NCBI GenBank assembly: GCA_004764695.1
Contig: SMSO01000004.1
Location: forward strand, 992,001 to 1,056,000
From: Schizochytrium sp. TIO01
Lineage: Eukaryota; Protista; Bigyra: Labyrinthulomycetes
Direction of reading: 5' to 3'
Length of the DNA: 64,000 nucleotides
Below the pieces are notes generated by a model, which searched no databases, was not told where the DNA came from, and saw nothing but the letters and a program-made list of their open reading frames with translations. A program made the translations under genes and the position numbers. Position 1 is the first letter of the stretch. Each line of letters begins with the position of its first letter. Below are positions 12,334 through 24,581 of the stretch, piece by piece.

Positions 12334-15055
12334 TGTTGAAATTGAGCGTAGCAAATGTACTCACCAGCCACTGAGGGTTTGCAACCACAATGCGGTTCAC
12401 AGACTCGTGCCATTAGTTCATATACGCAGCCAAAGTGGCGCCTTTGCAGCACATGTCCTTTTCTTTCGAAGATAGCTTCTTCGCGCGTGAATAAATAAAA
12501 TACTTAATTTGTTAGCACCCCTCAAGAGTGCTCCACTGCCGTACTAGGAGGGTCTATCTAGGTACTAGTAGCCGCCTACGCAGGCAGTTTACAAAGAAGC
12601 GCTCAACTTGCACCACAAAAACTCAAGCTCATTGGCGCATCTTCACGTCCCTCCGGCATGCATAAATCTAATATTATGCAGCAGAAAACCTCTTCGTGGC
12701 GCGGCACAGCCGCGAATGCAGGCGCCTGTCTGCGTCCAGCGCTGCGTGGGCGAGATGAGATCAGCCTCGTACCTGACTTCTTGATCTCAGGTTGTGCTTT
12801 ATTGAAGTGGAGCTGCCGAGTTTCCTGATGCTTGTAATGCCCAAGAAAGAAAAGAAAAGAAAAGGAAAGGAAAAGAATAGAAAGGAAAAGAAAAGAAAAG
12901 AGTTAAGAAAAAGAAAGAAGGGAAAGATGCACAAGGCGGTGGGCGGCTCGAAGAACTTATAATCCTTTCGCCCTCTTCCTTGATAGAAAGAAGAAAGAAA
13001 CAGCGGGTACCAAAAGGGAGGCCGTTGTGTTACTGTGTTGAGGGTTCTTTCTTTGGGTTGAGTTGTTTTTAACTTAATTCAACTTGAAGTTAGGATAGAA
13101 TGGAAGACTTCTTCTATCATGCAAGAGTGACTGCCGCCGCTCTGACGCTGTGATGATAAGGCGGTTGTGAAAGCGCTCTTTGGAGCGAATTCAAGTTCCC
13201 TTATCTCTCCTCCGCTGTCCTTTCATTCTCAATGACATTGAAAAAGCAAATCTAAGGGAAATAACAAAAATCGGAGAGGGAAAATAAATAGGTTTGCCTC
13301 TAGAGAGCTAAATTACTTGGCTCCAATATTGTTCATTTTCCTCTGGAGAATACACCGGTTCCTGGAACATAACTGTCGTGTTGTAGAACCGTGGTTTCAT
13401 TATAAGACACCACTGGGCATGGAATCTGCGAGTGAGCTATTGGCAGCGTCAAGTTGCGGGCCCTGTTTAAGCTTGGTTTGGTCTGAGGCTGGGAAGAACA
13501 TGCTTCGAATGAGGGCTGCAGTGCCCAGCGGCTCAGTTTATCCTCTTTTCCTACGCGTCGCCACGAGGAGTTACGGCCGCAGCACCATTTGCACAACTTG
13601 GCGATGATTTCATAAAAAACCAAAACAGGAACGCTCGCTGCCTACTATGCGAAATGTTTAATTTGCTTTAAAAAACTTGTAATTGGCTTTTAATATCATT
13701 TTAAAAAAAAGAGGAGGGGAAAAAAGAGGAGTGAAAGCAGAAAACCTCGAGAGATGCCAAAGTTCTGTTTTTTGCTTCTCGCTCGGTTTGGGTTCTCTGC
13801 TTCCAAAGTTGGAGCAGAAAAGGCGGCAACGATACTAAAAAGCCTCGAAAGGCATTCATTCATATATTTACAGGCATCAGCGCGGTTTGCCAGTTTTGAG
13901 CTGGGCTTTATTTGCGACACCAAACTACCCATACACTAGTTCGCATCAATCGCCGACATTCACATAGAAAGAAGGCGGTAAAAGTTATACCACCTACCTT
14001 GTGCGAATTAAAAGAGAAAGGAGGAGGTAAATGTTAGTTATACGAATTGCATTTGAAAATAAAATAAAATAAGATATATGTGTATATTGTTATTTTTATT
14101 TTTCAAAAAATATATAATAAAAAAATTAATTTAAAGAAAGAAGAGCTACATACATGATATAGCGAGCGATAATTCTTTGTCGATTTTGTCTGTGAACATT
14201 TCTGTAAAGAGATTAATCTATTCTAAAAAATGATTCTACTTACACAGATAACTTGAAACTCACTGAAGTGGTGGTGGTTCTCCAACTCCGCGAGACGGAG
14301 GAAGGAGACCCCGAAACTTACGACGACGCTCGACCTCGATCATTCTCTGCTACCAAACTCTTCTTTACGAGTCGGTATCCACGTTATCCAACTGCTTGGA
14401 CAGCCGCCTGGCCAGCCTCGATGGCGCCGTGGCAGACCAGGGCCGCCCTTTACTCGATCCAATCAATGCTCGGCTGCCTTCCTCGATTTTGCATGAGGCG
14501 ATGAGATGAAACGAAATCGTGACGGCGATTCGCACTTTTCTTTTATGAAACTACTTTAAAACAGATAAAACCCTTCTCTTGCGAGCCTCGAAATTGCGTT
14601 CCGCTAAATCTCGCCTCAGCTATCAAGACAACGCGATCCTTGGACTCGCACACAGGCACCAGCTACCTGTAGGCGCGCTGCGTCACGTGCCTAATGCTGC
14701 GAGGGGATCATCCAACAGCTTCAAGTTGAGCCTGCTCGGTTTTATTATCTGGCAGGAAACGAAAGAATCCGAATAAGTCGTGAGACCGAGCGTAGAAGAA
14801 CTGAAGGCATCGCATTGCAGTGGTCTTCCAGATGGCCAGTGCTAGCTTTTCAGGTAGACCTTGCGCTAGTGCTCATTCGTTCACTCTGATCATTCATTCA
14901 TTCATTATTCATTGAGCAATTGAACTGATTCGATTGTTCATTGGATGAGCCGCTCAATTGCTCGTTCGTTGTTGTTGGATTTGCTGTAGGCTTTGCTTTT
15001 GTTTGTTTCGTGTGGTTACTTCGACTTGTGAATAGCAGCAATAGCCTGCTTTAGA

Positions 15056-15215
15056 AAACAAACAAACAAACAAACAAACAAACAAACAAACAAACAAACA
15101 AACAAACAAACAAACAAACAAACAAACAAACAAACAAACAAACAAACAAACAAACAAACAAACAAACAAACAAACAAACAAACAAACAAACAAACAAACA
15201 AACAAATAAACAAAC
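15056..15215. repeat. (AAAC)n microsatellite, ~40 units
   Basis: Directly visible, near-perfect. Confidence 0.97.
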
Positions 15216-15417
15216 TAACTAACTAACACAGCGAACTTCCTGCCTAACTGTAGGTAGTTCGTTAACTCGCTCGCTCAATCCTCGCTTTAGTACGAACTGT
15301 CGATGAAAAAGTACTTCGTGAGTTGGTTGTTTCGTTCGTTGGTTCGTTGGTTCGTCACTTCATTAGTCCTCTGAAGTGGCTCACGAAGTGCTCTCTTTCT
15401 TTGTGATTTCTCTGTGA

Positions 15418-15492
15418 GAATGAATGAATGCATCAATGAATGAATGAATGAATGAATGAATGAATGAATGAATGAATGAATGAATGAATGAA
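15418..15492. repeat. (TGAA)n microsatellite
   Basis: Directly visible. Confidence 0.95.
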
Positions 15493-18400
15493 TCTCGGAG
15501 ACCCATGATCTGAGGCCCTTCCGCTCCGAGGCACGCCTGCGAGGACCTGAAGAGTAGCTAGCTATAGCTAGTTTCTGCCCGCACTCCATATCTGCCTTCG
15601 ATCGCCGGAGCAGATCTCTACAGCCAGCAGCTCAGAGAACCCACCGAGGTCGGCGCCAACTCTGCGAGGCTCGCAGTGCCTGGTCAACCAACTAAGCAGC
15701 GGTCGGCCTCTCGAGCTCAGTTCGATCGCTTCGCTTAAAGCACGTTGAAGTCCAGGTTGAACTCGGGGGTGAAAGAAATGGCTGCGCTGTGCTGGGATTG
15801 TTTATTTATTTAGTCATTGATTTGCTCATTTGTGCGCTGTCTTCTTCATGGCGCGCAAATCGCAGCTCAGCAGTTCATACCAAATTTTTGAGCCTGCACC
15901 GATTTCGAGTGGAGGCGGGAGCGCAGCGAGTGGCGAACGGCTTCGTCTCGTGCAATGCAGTGCAGTGCAGCGCAGCGCAGCGCAGTGCGTCCTCCTCCTC
16001 GTCATGAACAATCGCGAGCGAAGCAGCTTTCTCCAGGTGGGCCATGCATGGCGCCTCGAAAAGGGAGACCTTCGCGTTCTGCTTCTCTGTAATCTGAGGT
16101 CCATTGTCATCACATGCATGCATGTGCGGACCCTCAGAGCAATGCCCATATGTGTGTGCTGTGAACGAGTGAACGAGTGAATGAGTGAATGCGTGAATGC
16201 GCTTGAAGCGAGTTGGAAAATCATGGGGTACGCGCGGCAGATGGTAAAGATCGATGGGTTTCGATGGAAGCCAACTAACTTTTGGGGTTCTTGTAGAAAG
16301 AAGGGTGGCTTGAGTGGAACTGGGCATGTGGTACTCATTGTTGTTGTTATTGTCTGTGCTGGTGCTCGCAGTTTTGGTGAGCAGAGCCTGGTGCTGGGCA
16401 CGAGGCGTGCATGCGCCAGGGAGGTCCTGCGCAAGCGAAGACAGCCTCGAGAGAGAGAGAGAGTGGGATCCTGCGTAGCATCCATCCGTCCGTCCATTCG
16501 TTCACGCGGCTTCCGTCGTCGAGGGTCGCATTTCCTTCTCGCGAGCTGCGTTTACCCTTGAGAGGGCCTGCCTTCAAGCTGGTTGAACATTGATTGCATT
16601 TGGGCCATGGACGGCCATGCTTACGTGTCACCATTCTCACAGACGGTGAACAGTTTCGTTTTCGTTTTTTTAAATTATTTTTCTTTTTTTAATGTTAATG
16701 TTGTGTTTATTGTCTTGATCTTAAAAACTAGCATTACCTTTAAAAAAACGTTTTCTAATTCGTTTTTTTTTTTTTTTTTAATTTTAATTTTTACTGTAAA
16801 TTAGAAAACAAAAACTAAATTAGAAAGGCTATTCTTTTTAAAATAATAGTAAAAAGGCTTAACTAAAATAAAATAATATTGTGCTCTAATTTATTATTAT
16901 TATTTGATTTATTTGTTTCTAATTTTAAAAAAAGGAAAGAAAAGAAGAACCTTTTTATAACAATACTGGCAAAAGGGGGAAAAGAAAGGAAAGCCAAAGG
17001 AGAGGAAAAGATAGAGCACGTGGAGTCAGTTGTGCAGAAGAAGCCAATGCTTCACCTGTCTGATCGAGATAAAGATAGTTCACACGCGCCAAAGTGAAAG
17101 TGTCGCTCTGCTGTAGCGCCTCTTCAGCTCAGACCAGCCAAAGTTGGACTCCAAACTTGAAGTGCCTTAAAAGCGAACATTCAGTCACCCGAAGCGACGA
17201 CTTCTTCTTCTTCTTGTTCTTCTTCTTGTTGTTCTAATTCTAATTCTTCTTCGTCAACAAAGTTACCGCTAAAGAGGGCATCCATCACATCAAGAACAAC
17301 TTGAACAAGAAACGAGAAAGCGAGAAGGAAACGTGACGGCAGTGCTACAGATTATCATAGCCAGCTGCTAGCGCCCCGCCTCGCGAGTGCAAAGTGCCAG
17401 CACTGCTAGGTTTAGGCCTAGCTCGCCGGTTAGCCCATCATTTACAAGCGTCGCGGCAACCACCGACCTAACTTAGTAAGTAAGTTGAATGAAATTGCCA
17501 AAACTGTAGGTGCTTGCTTGCTTGCTCTAGGAGCTGACTTGTCGTTTGGCAGGCAGGCAGACAGAGAGAGAGAAGCAGCTAATCCAAAGCCTCCTCCCCG
17601 AACCCGCAACCGCTGCGACTGCCTCCGTATCACCTCCACTGAGCTCCAGTCACGGCTCTGCATGTGCGTGCAGCAGTCGGCCAGATGGACGTTGAACCCA
17701 TCTTTATTTCTTTCTCCATCCACCCATTCAATCACTTAATCTCTGATCATTCCATCGCTCTGTCGGCAATTCGTTCGTTTACTCGCGATGAGAAGTCGTC
17801 CTTGGAATGAGACAGACAGACATTCACTCACTCACCCACTCACACACTCATTCATTCGCTCATTCAATCAATCACTCATTGATTGATTCATGTGGATCGA
17901 TCGAAAGTTCGCGATTTTGAAAAATGGCACTCCGGCGCTTGACTCACAACTACTGGGGCCTATGCGACTGCTAGGCCGGTGCTGCGGAATATACCGCTAA
18001 TGAGAGGCTGAGAACTGCGCCGCGCGTGAACGAGAATGAGACTCAGAGCAAAACTTTTTTTCTTTCTTTCCTTCTTTGTTTGTTTGCATCTTTGTATGTT
18101 TCTCTTTGTTCTTTGTTTCTTTTTGTTCTTTCGGTATGTAGTGTTACAGAATAGTGATAGATGTAAGTACTACTGTGCAAATACATATATTATAGTGGGT
18201 AATGAGTTCCTTTCCCTTTTCACGGGACAGGAGCCACTGCTATATATGCTGAGGGATAGAGTGCAGCTACGAGTAGCTAGCTAGCTTCTTATTCCCTTTT
18301 GTTTTGTTTAGCGTGAATCATTGTCAGGCTTTCCTATGATGTTTTCTTTCTGTTTTCTTTTCTGTTTCTTTTCTTTTTCTTTTCGTTTTCCGCGTGAGAG

Positions 18401-21400
18401 GAAAACGGAGCTTCGAACCTTAAAATACTTCGTCTGTACATTTAATTTACAAATATTTTTATTTATTTTTTTAAAATTAAAGATAAGATTTTATATTTAA
18501 ATAAAAAAAAGATAAAAGATAAAAATGAAAAATCTTATTTTTGTAGCTCTTTGGCACATTTTCTTCTGCAAGAATTTCTTCTTAACTCGATTCGCAGTTC
18601 ACGTGTCGCGGCCTTCTACTCATCGATGTCAAGGCTCAAGAGCACCACTTTAGCCCGGTCGTCGCCTTCTGCGAGCTCTTAGTTCTCTCGAAGGCTTCTT
18701 GTTTTAAATTTACAGAGCCTTCCTCTTGTTGTTCATTTTTCTTAAAAGTTTAAAAAAGAAAAAGAAAAAGAAAAAGAGGCAGGTACATAGAGAGATAGGT
18801 AGGAAGGGAGAAAGAAAAAGAAAGAAAGAGAAAATCTCATTCCCCAAACCGAACCCAACTTTTAAGGTGTCGCTGGCATTGAGACCTACACCATCATTGT
18901 GCGGCCGCCATTGACTGCCTCGAAGCACTTGCCCGTCCTTCAATTCCAACTCCGATCTGGAGTCCGCTTCGGCCCAAAGCTGCTCCGCTCCAGGCGACTA
19001 GGCCGGAGGCCATCGAGCTCATCGCAGCCAGCCAGAAGGATCTCCATAACGCGAGAAGGAGTGAGTTAGTTCTCTTATTCTGACTAATCATTGATATTTT
19101 AATTATTAATTAGATCTGCCGCTGCTCGTTAGGCACGTATTCCGTATTCCTGTGATATTTTTGGAGGGGATTAGTTATTAATCAAAAGCTAAGGGTGCCT
19201 TACGTGCTGCTACCGAGCGGCTTACCCAAAGGCTTCCTTGGGCTGCTTCTTGGCCTGGCTTCGCTCACGCTGCCTGCTGCCTGCGTGCGTGCGTGCGTGT
19301 TTGGCTCTTCGACGTACGCCTCGAAGCCTCCACGGTCTCCGGCTGCGACTGCGAGAGAAGCGGAGCATCAACTTGGCCTTGGTGGGTAATCAACCGATTA
19401 GTTGAGCGAATTCTTGAAAAACCGCCTCACCGTGCTGTGCTCTCTCTCTCTCTCTGCTTTCTATGGTTAGTGCCACGTACATATTCATTACTTACTTACG
19501 TATCTGCAATGCAATGCAATGCAACATTGCAATCCAATGCAATGCAACATTGCAATGCAGTACAATGCAGAACCTCGAACGACGGAATCGTTGTGCATGA
19601 ATTCGATGACTGCACAATCGATCAGCTGATCAATGGAGCGATTGATTGACGCCAGCGGGTGGACTTGAATGGCCTTGGGGCGGGCTGGCTGGCTGGCTGG
19701 CTGCATGCATGCATGCATGCATGATGCATGATAAACTCTCAAGGCGGGCTAAACGCGGCCCCTGCCTCGTATCGAGAGCGGGGTTGAGCTATCGTCAATC
19801 TACAACGGCGGCACGTACCAAATTTATGTGAGCTGAGGCGGTCTTAGCAGGCACTATATGCGTCCTACGTGCCTGCGTTCTCTTTGTGGCGGTTCAACGT
19901 GACAAACGGAACGTCGGAACGCCCAACAGAAGGCACGTACTTATCTCGAAGTCGGGGAGGAGATGGAAGGCAAATGCAAAAGCAGAGGAGACCTCTTCGA
20001 CTTGAACGAAGCTCCGCTGAGCGCCGCCGAAATTTGCCGGTCGAGACAGTTGGGCTCAGAAGTCCGTCTGCGTAAACCAAGATCAGAATAGCGTCCCAAA
20101 TTGAGTTCGTAGTGCAAACCACGGGACCCGCGTAAATCTTTCTCATTTTACTATTATTATTTTAAAAAAAGTAATACGAAAATACAAAATTAAATCTAAA
20201 CTTTTAAAATTTAACAGGTGCTCTGCTTCTATTACGAAGGGAACCCGAACTTGAGACCTGAGATTTCAAATTCTTCTCTCTCTCTCTCTCTCTCAGCGGG
20301 AGAATGATTCAAATTCGAAATGGCGGTGCCTGAAAGCAAATTCAAATGCAGAGCAGCGGCGGCGGCAGCTCGAACGTGGCGGAGGGCACCTACCTCCTGC
20401 GTGCACGCATGCGAAGGAGGAGAGGGCCCTGCGCAGACCCGAAGGGGCAGGGCCGCTCGAAGGCCGCTCCCCAGTGCGTACGCGTACCACCTCAAAATCC
20501 CTCAGGACCAGCCGGCGACGGCCCAGCTCCGGCAGCGGAAATGGAGCGTGACTTGCGCTCGTGACGATGTGGAGTGAGTGAGTTCCGCGGCGCTCTCGCG
20601 GTTCGGGATGGCCAGCGCCGCCAGTCAGCAATCAAAAGACCAGCTGGGAGAACCAGAAACACATCCTCCACGACGGAGACATCTTCGAAAGAAGCGAGGA
20701 AGAACTTGGGCGGACATTCAAACCAGCCGAGCAGTGCCTACAACTTGAGGGAGAGGTCTCCTGAAGATCTGAAGACCTGAAGACCTGTCTGTCTGTCTGT
20801 CTGTCTGCGTGGCTCGCCTCTGCCTCCGTACCTACGCTTCCGTGTTCGTTCGTTTGTTGGTTTGTCTGGAGCAAGACGAGGGTTGGCTATTTCAAGTGCA
20901 TTAAGTGGTCTGATTCCTCGAAGTAGCCAAGAAAATCCCATCGCAACTTGACCCTCTGACCAGCATGGTGACTTGCGAGGCAGAGAACGAGGACCCCACG
21001 ACAGCATTGTAGGTAACTAATTAATTAATTAATTAATTACGTGCAGCAAGGCTTGATGATTGAGGGCCCAAGTCCAAGCTGGGACATCGTTTTTCGTCCG
21101 TCCGTGGACCAAAGGCTTCGGAGAGACAGCTCGCCACTTTCTTGGGGCCGCCGCAGGGCTGGTCTGGGCCACTCAGTCTCGCCCATATTAAACCGAGACA
21201 GAGGAGCCCGAAGTTCGAAGAGTCGCTTATTTGAAAAGAACCTTGTTTGAGAAGGAAAAGTTGGTACAAAAAGATGCCTTTTTTTTTGTTTAAAAAAGAA
21301 GAAGAGTAATTTGCAATGTGAACGTACCTGATGTGAAGAGTACACAGCATTTTAAGAAGCAGGCTGAAATGCCTTGAGAGGAGTTGGAGAAGCTTGGAAA

Positions 21401-22777
21401 GTAGTATGAAGAGCTTGGAGACCCCAGCCTGGGTACGCAAGAAGGAGGACTTGCCCAAGCCCAGCGAAATGATCGTCTATGCTTCCCACCTTGAGCTCCT
21501 TGAGGCTGTCCGCGTGGTGAACACGACGCCGGAAACGTGAGCAAGCTAAGGATTTATTTTGTCTGTGATGGCGCATTGCATTGCAGGTTGAAGCTGCTCT
21601 GATCTGTAGCCGTACCACAAAGCTTTGGGCAAACTTCGCCGGGACGCTCGGATGCTGCAGACGATGCGGAAGAGTAACAGATTCGTGGTGCTGGGTTCAG
21701 AAACCCAGCAACACACACAGAGGTACGCAATGGGCTGCTGGATTTGTACCTGAAACGAGTAACGCCGAGGCCTGTTCTGTGCTGATCGAGTGCGATCCCA
21801 ACATGGCATTACTGGGATCCCGATGTATTTGCAAAGCAGTGGAGAATTACAGAGGCAGCCACAGATAACCATGACCCCCGGAGACTGCGTAGACCCCAAA
21901 GTCCTGGTGCTTGCTGCGTAAAGAGTTGCGATAGATAGGAACGTTTGGCAGCCCAGCCTTAGGTGGCGTTCTTGAGCTTGTAAGCCATATTTGTCAAGTA
22001 CTAACAAGTTCAAGTTAAGGGTATGCTTGAAACAATGTTGGACCTGAAGTTTTGGCAGCTGTAATTTCGTGGCCTTGGGGAGCTTCGAGCCTAGGATTTA
22101 AGTACTTTAGTCAATAGTTCGGCTACTCTATGAGTACACAGGAAACAATTATTATTTTTCGCACTGTTTGAGACCCTTCGATGGCGAGACGAGGAGGATT
22201 TTACTATGCTGGTTTTGTTATAGAAGTCTGTGTACTGCTAGTCGTGTATCTTGTGAAGCCAATGGCTAGTCAATTATGAACATGTTACGCAACAAAACGC
22301 AGCTACTCGATATGATTGTTGCAAATTATGCTTTGAACTTCACGCAGAGTGAAGACTATTTCAGTAAAGCAAGATAAGAGAGGATGAACTAGAGATAATT
22401 ACAAACCTTGAAGCAAGGTTTCCATAACTTCTTACTTACTATTATTATTATTTATTAAATAAATTAATAAAATATATATATGTTTTAATTAAAAACTTTA
22501 AAAAAACTAAAAAAATAATTAAAAAATATATACACAAAATTCTTAGTCAATTTCTTTTATTTAGCGCGTTTTTTTCAAGACCACATTGTGTGGTGAGCTG
22601 ACCCTAGCACATGACCTGGCTTGCAAAAGGCTCGGCATGGTATTTAATATTCGGCAACGGAGCCGCAACCTCACAGTAGCTGATGTTTTTGAGGATATGA
22701 AAGATCTTGGACAAAGAAGTTCAAAGCAGCAAAACATTGAGTGAAAAAATGTTAAATTTGAGAACTCAAACTTGAGG

Positions 22778-22867
22778 TACATACATACATACATACATAC
22801 ATACATACATACATACATACATACATACATACATACATACATACATACATACATACATACATACATA
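22778..22867. repeat. (TACA)n microsatellite
   Basis: Directly visible, perfect. Confidence 0.97.
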
Positions 22868-24581
22868 GTCAATCTATGATGTCTTTTTGCCCATTGCGCA
22901 GGGCGACTAGTCCATCATATGGGCCAGAGCTAGGTCTAACTCGCCAGTCAGAATTTCCATTCGCAGTGTGACTGCACATGAGCAATACCCAGTCCAGGTT
23001 TCTCATCACAGGATACACCATCATCAAATTAAGAAAGATATAGTTGAATATGTGCATCAGAATGGCCAACCCCAGGAAACTTGCCCTCCAATGTACTCCA
23101 TCTTTGTGCCTTTCATTTTTGGACTGTTTATGTTTTTTGCTTTTGGCACTGTTAAAATAAGAGAAATTATTATATAGAAGGCTTTCGATGAAAACCAGCT
23201 GGTCTCAGTCAATCAGGAGTGCCGAAATCGTATTTTGTATTCTCTTTGTCTACCCTCTTTGTAAACAAGAGATACCCTGGGCCTCTTGCACTTTAGATCT
23301 ACCTACTAAGGTAGGCAGTCGAAAGACTCATTTGACCTGGGCTTACCCATTCCAAGCGGCATTGAAAATTTCAATATGTACAACTTCGCAGCAAGGCAAA
23401 AACTAGGTACTACACATTGTGACATGGCAAAGGGAATGCGGGGAATCAACTCTTAACTCTTACGAAAATGGGTTGCGCAAAGAGAAACAGAAGCTACGAG
23501 TAATAAGGTATCCGTTGACGTGGACTTAGCATTCCTAGCAACGGATCTAAATGTGCAGGTGCAAGAAAGCACGTGGCACAAGTGACAAAGCATGATCTTT
23601 TATGGTACTTGGCGGAAGCTGCCATCAGAATTAGCTGAGTTGTTGAGTGAGAACGTGCCAAAGAAAGGAGTGCTGAGATGAGGTGCGTACTTCATATTGT
23701 GCACTCTCAAAACGTAGTTGAGTACGATGCTTTCAAGGGGGTAGAAAGGTGCGAAAAGAAGGGAACCTAAAATGAAGGAGAACCGTGTGCGAACTATTGT
23801 TCAGATAGATAGCTCGTTAGTCGGCTAGCGTTCTGAATGAGCCACGTGCAAATCTTACTTCATTAAACCGACGGCCAACACGCGGCGGCCGCGTGCACAG
23901 GCCGGCAGCTCGCGGGAGCTGCGAGCTAGCACGCAGACCAAGGGGAAAGAAAGAAGTTGTGCTATAGCTGATAGCGAGCTGGCTGGCCCCAGCGCGATTG
24001 CTCTTGTGAAGGGCTGGCCAGTGCCAGACTTAAAGGCGAGCTTCATAAAACGCTGATTTATACAACATAATTTACTGCACCAGCTCGTTTATTCTACAGA
24101 GCAGGACACCTTTCGGAGGTCTGCCAATTTCGAGCAAGGTTGTAAAGTCTTAAGAGATTGAGGAACAAGACATTGTGACTTGGGTGGTTGCATTTCTATA
24201 GAGGTAGTGGCATTTGTGATCCTGAAGTGGGTTTGTAACCTTTCAAACGCTGCTATTTCATACCAGTATTGAACCAGCAGCGCAGACATTCGGAAGGAGT
24301 GTGGTTGCGATAGATTTAAAAATCAAAGGCATTAACTTCTAGATTGTGTTGAAAACGCTGATTTTTCGTCCAGTATTTCAACTTGTGCTGTTGCGAGCCA
24401 TATCAACAGATTTCTTCGTGCAAATCACATTTATTGAACACAATTGCATATCTATCTTTAAAACTGCAACGTGTTCTTGTTATCTCTTGACAAGGCTTTG
24501 TTCTTGGAGAATTTGAAGTTCACATAAGGATCATAAATCTTTGACCCTGATCAAGATACTCGACAGTCTTCACACTCACAA

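Noticed and set aside
12061-12475. Hydrophobic FGLVC and NQNKP ORFs
   Set aside because: Translations of a pentanucleotide microsatellite. The same applies to ORFs over the repeats at ~15000, 22800, 48350, 51200, 52600 and 53300.
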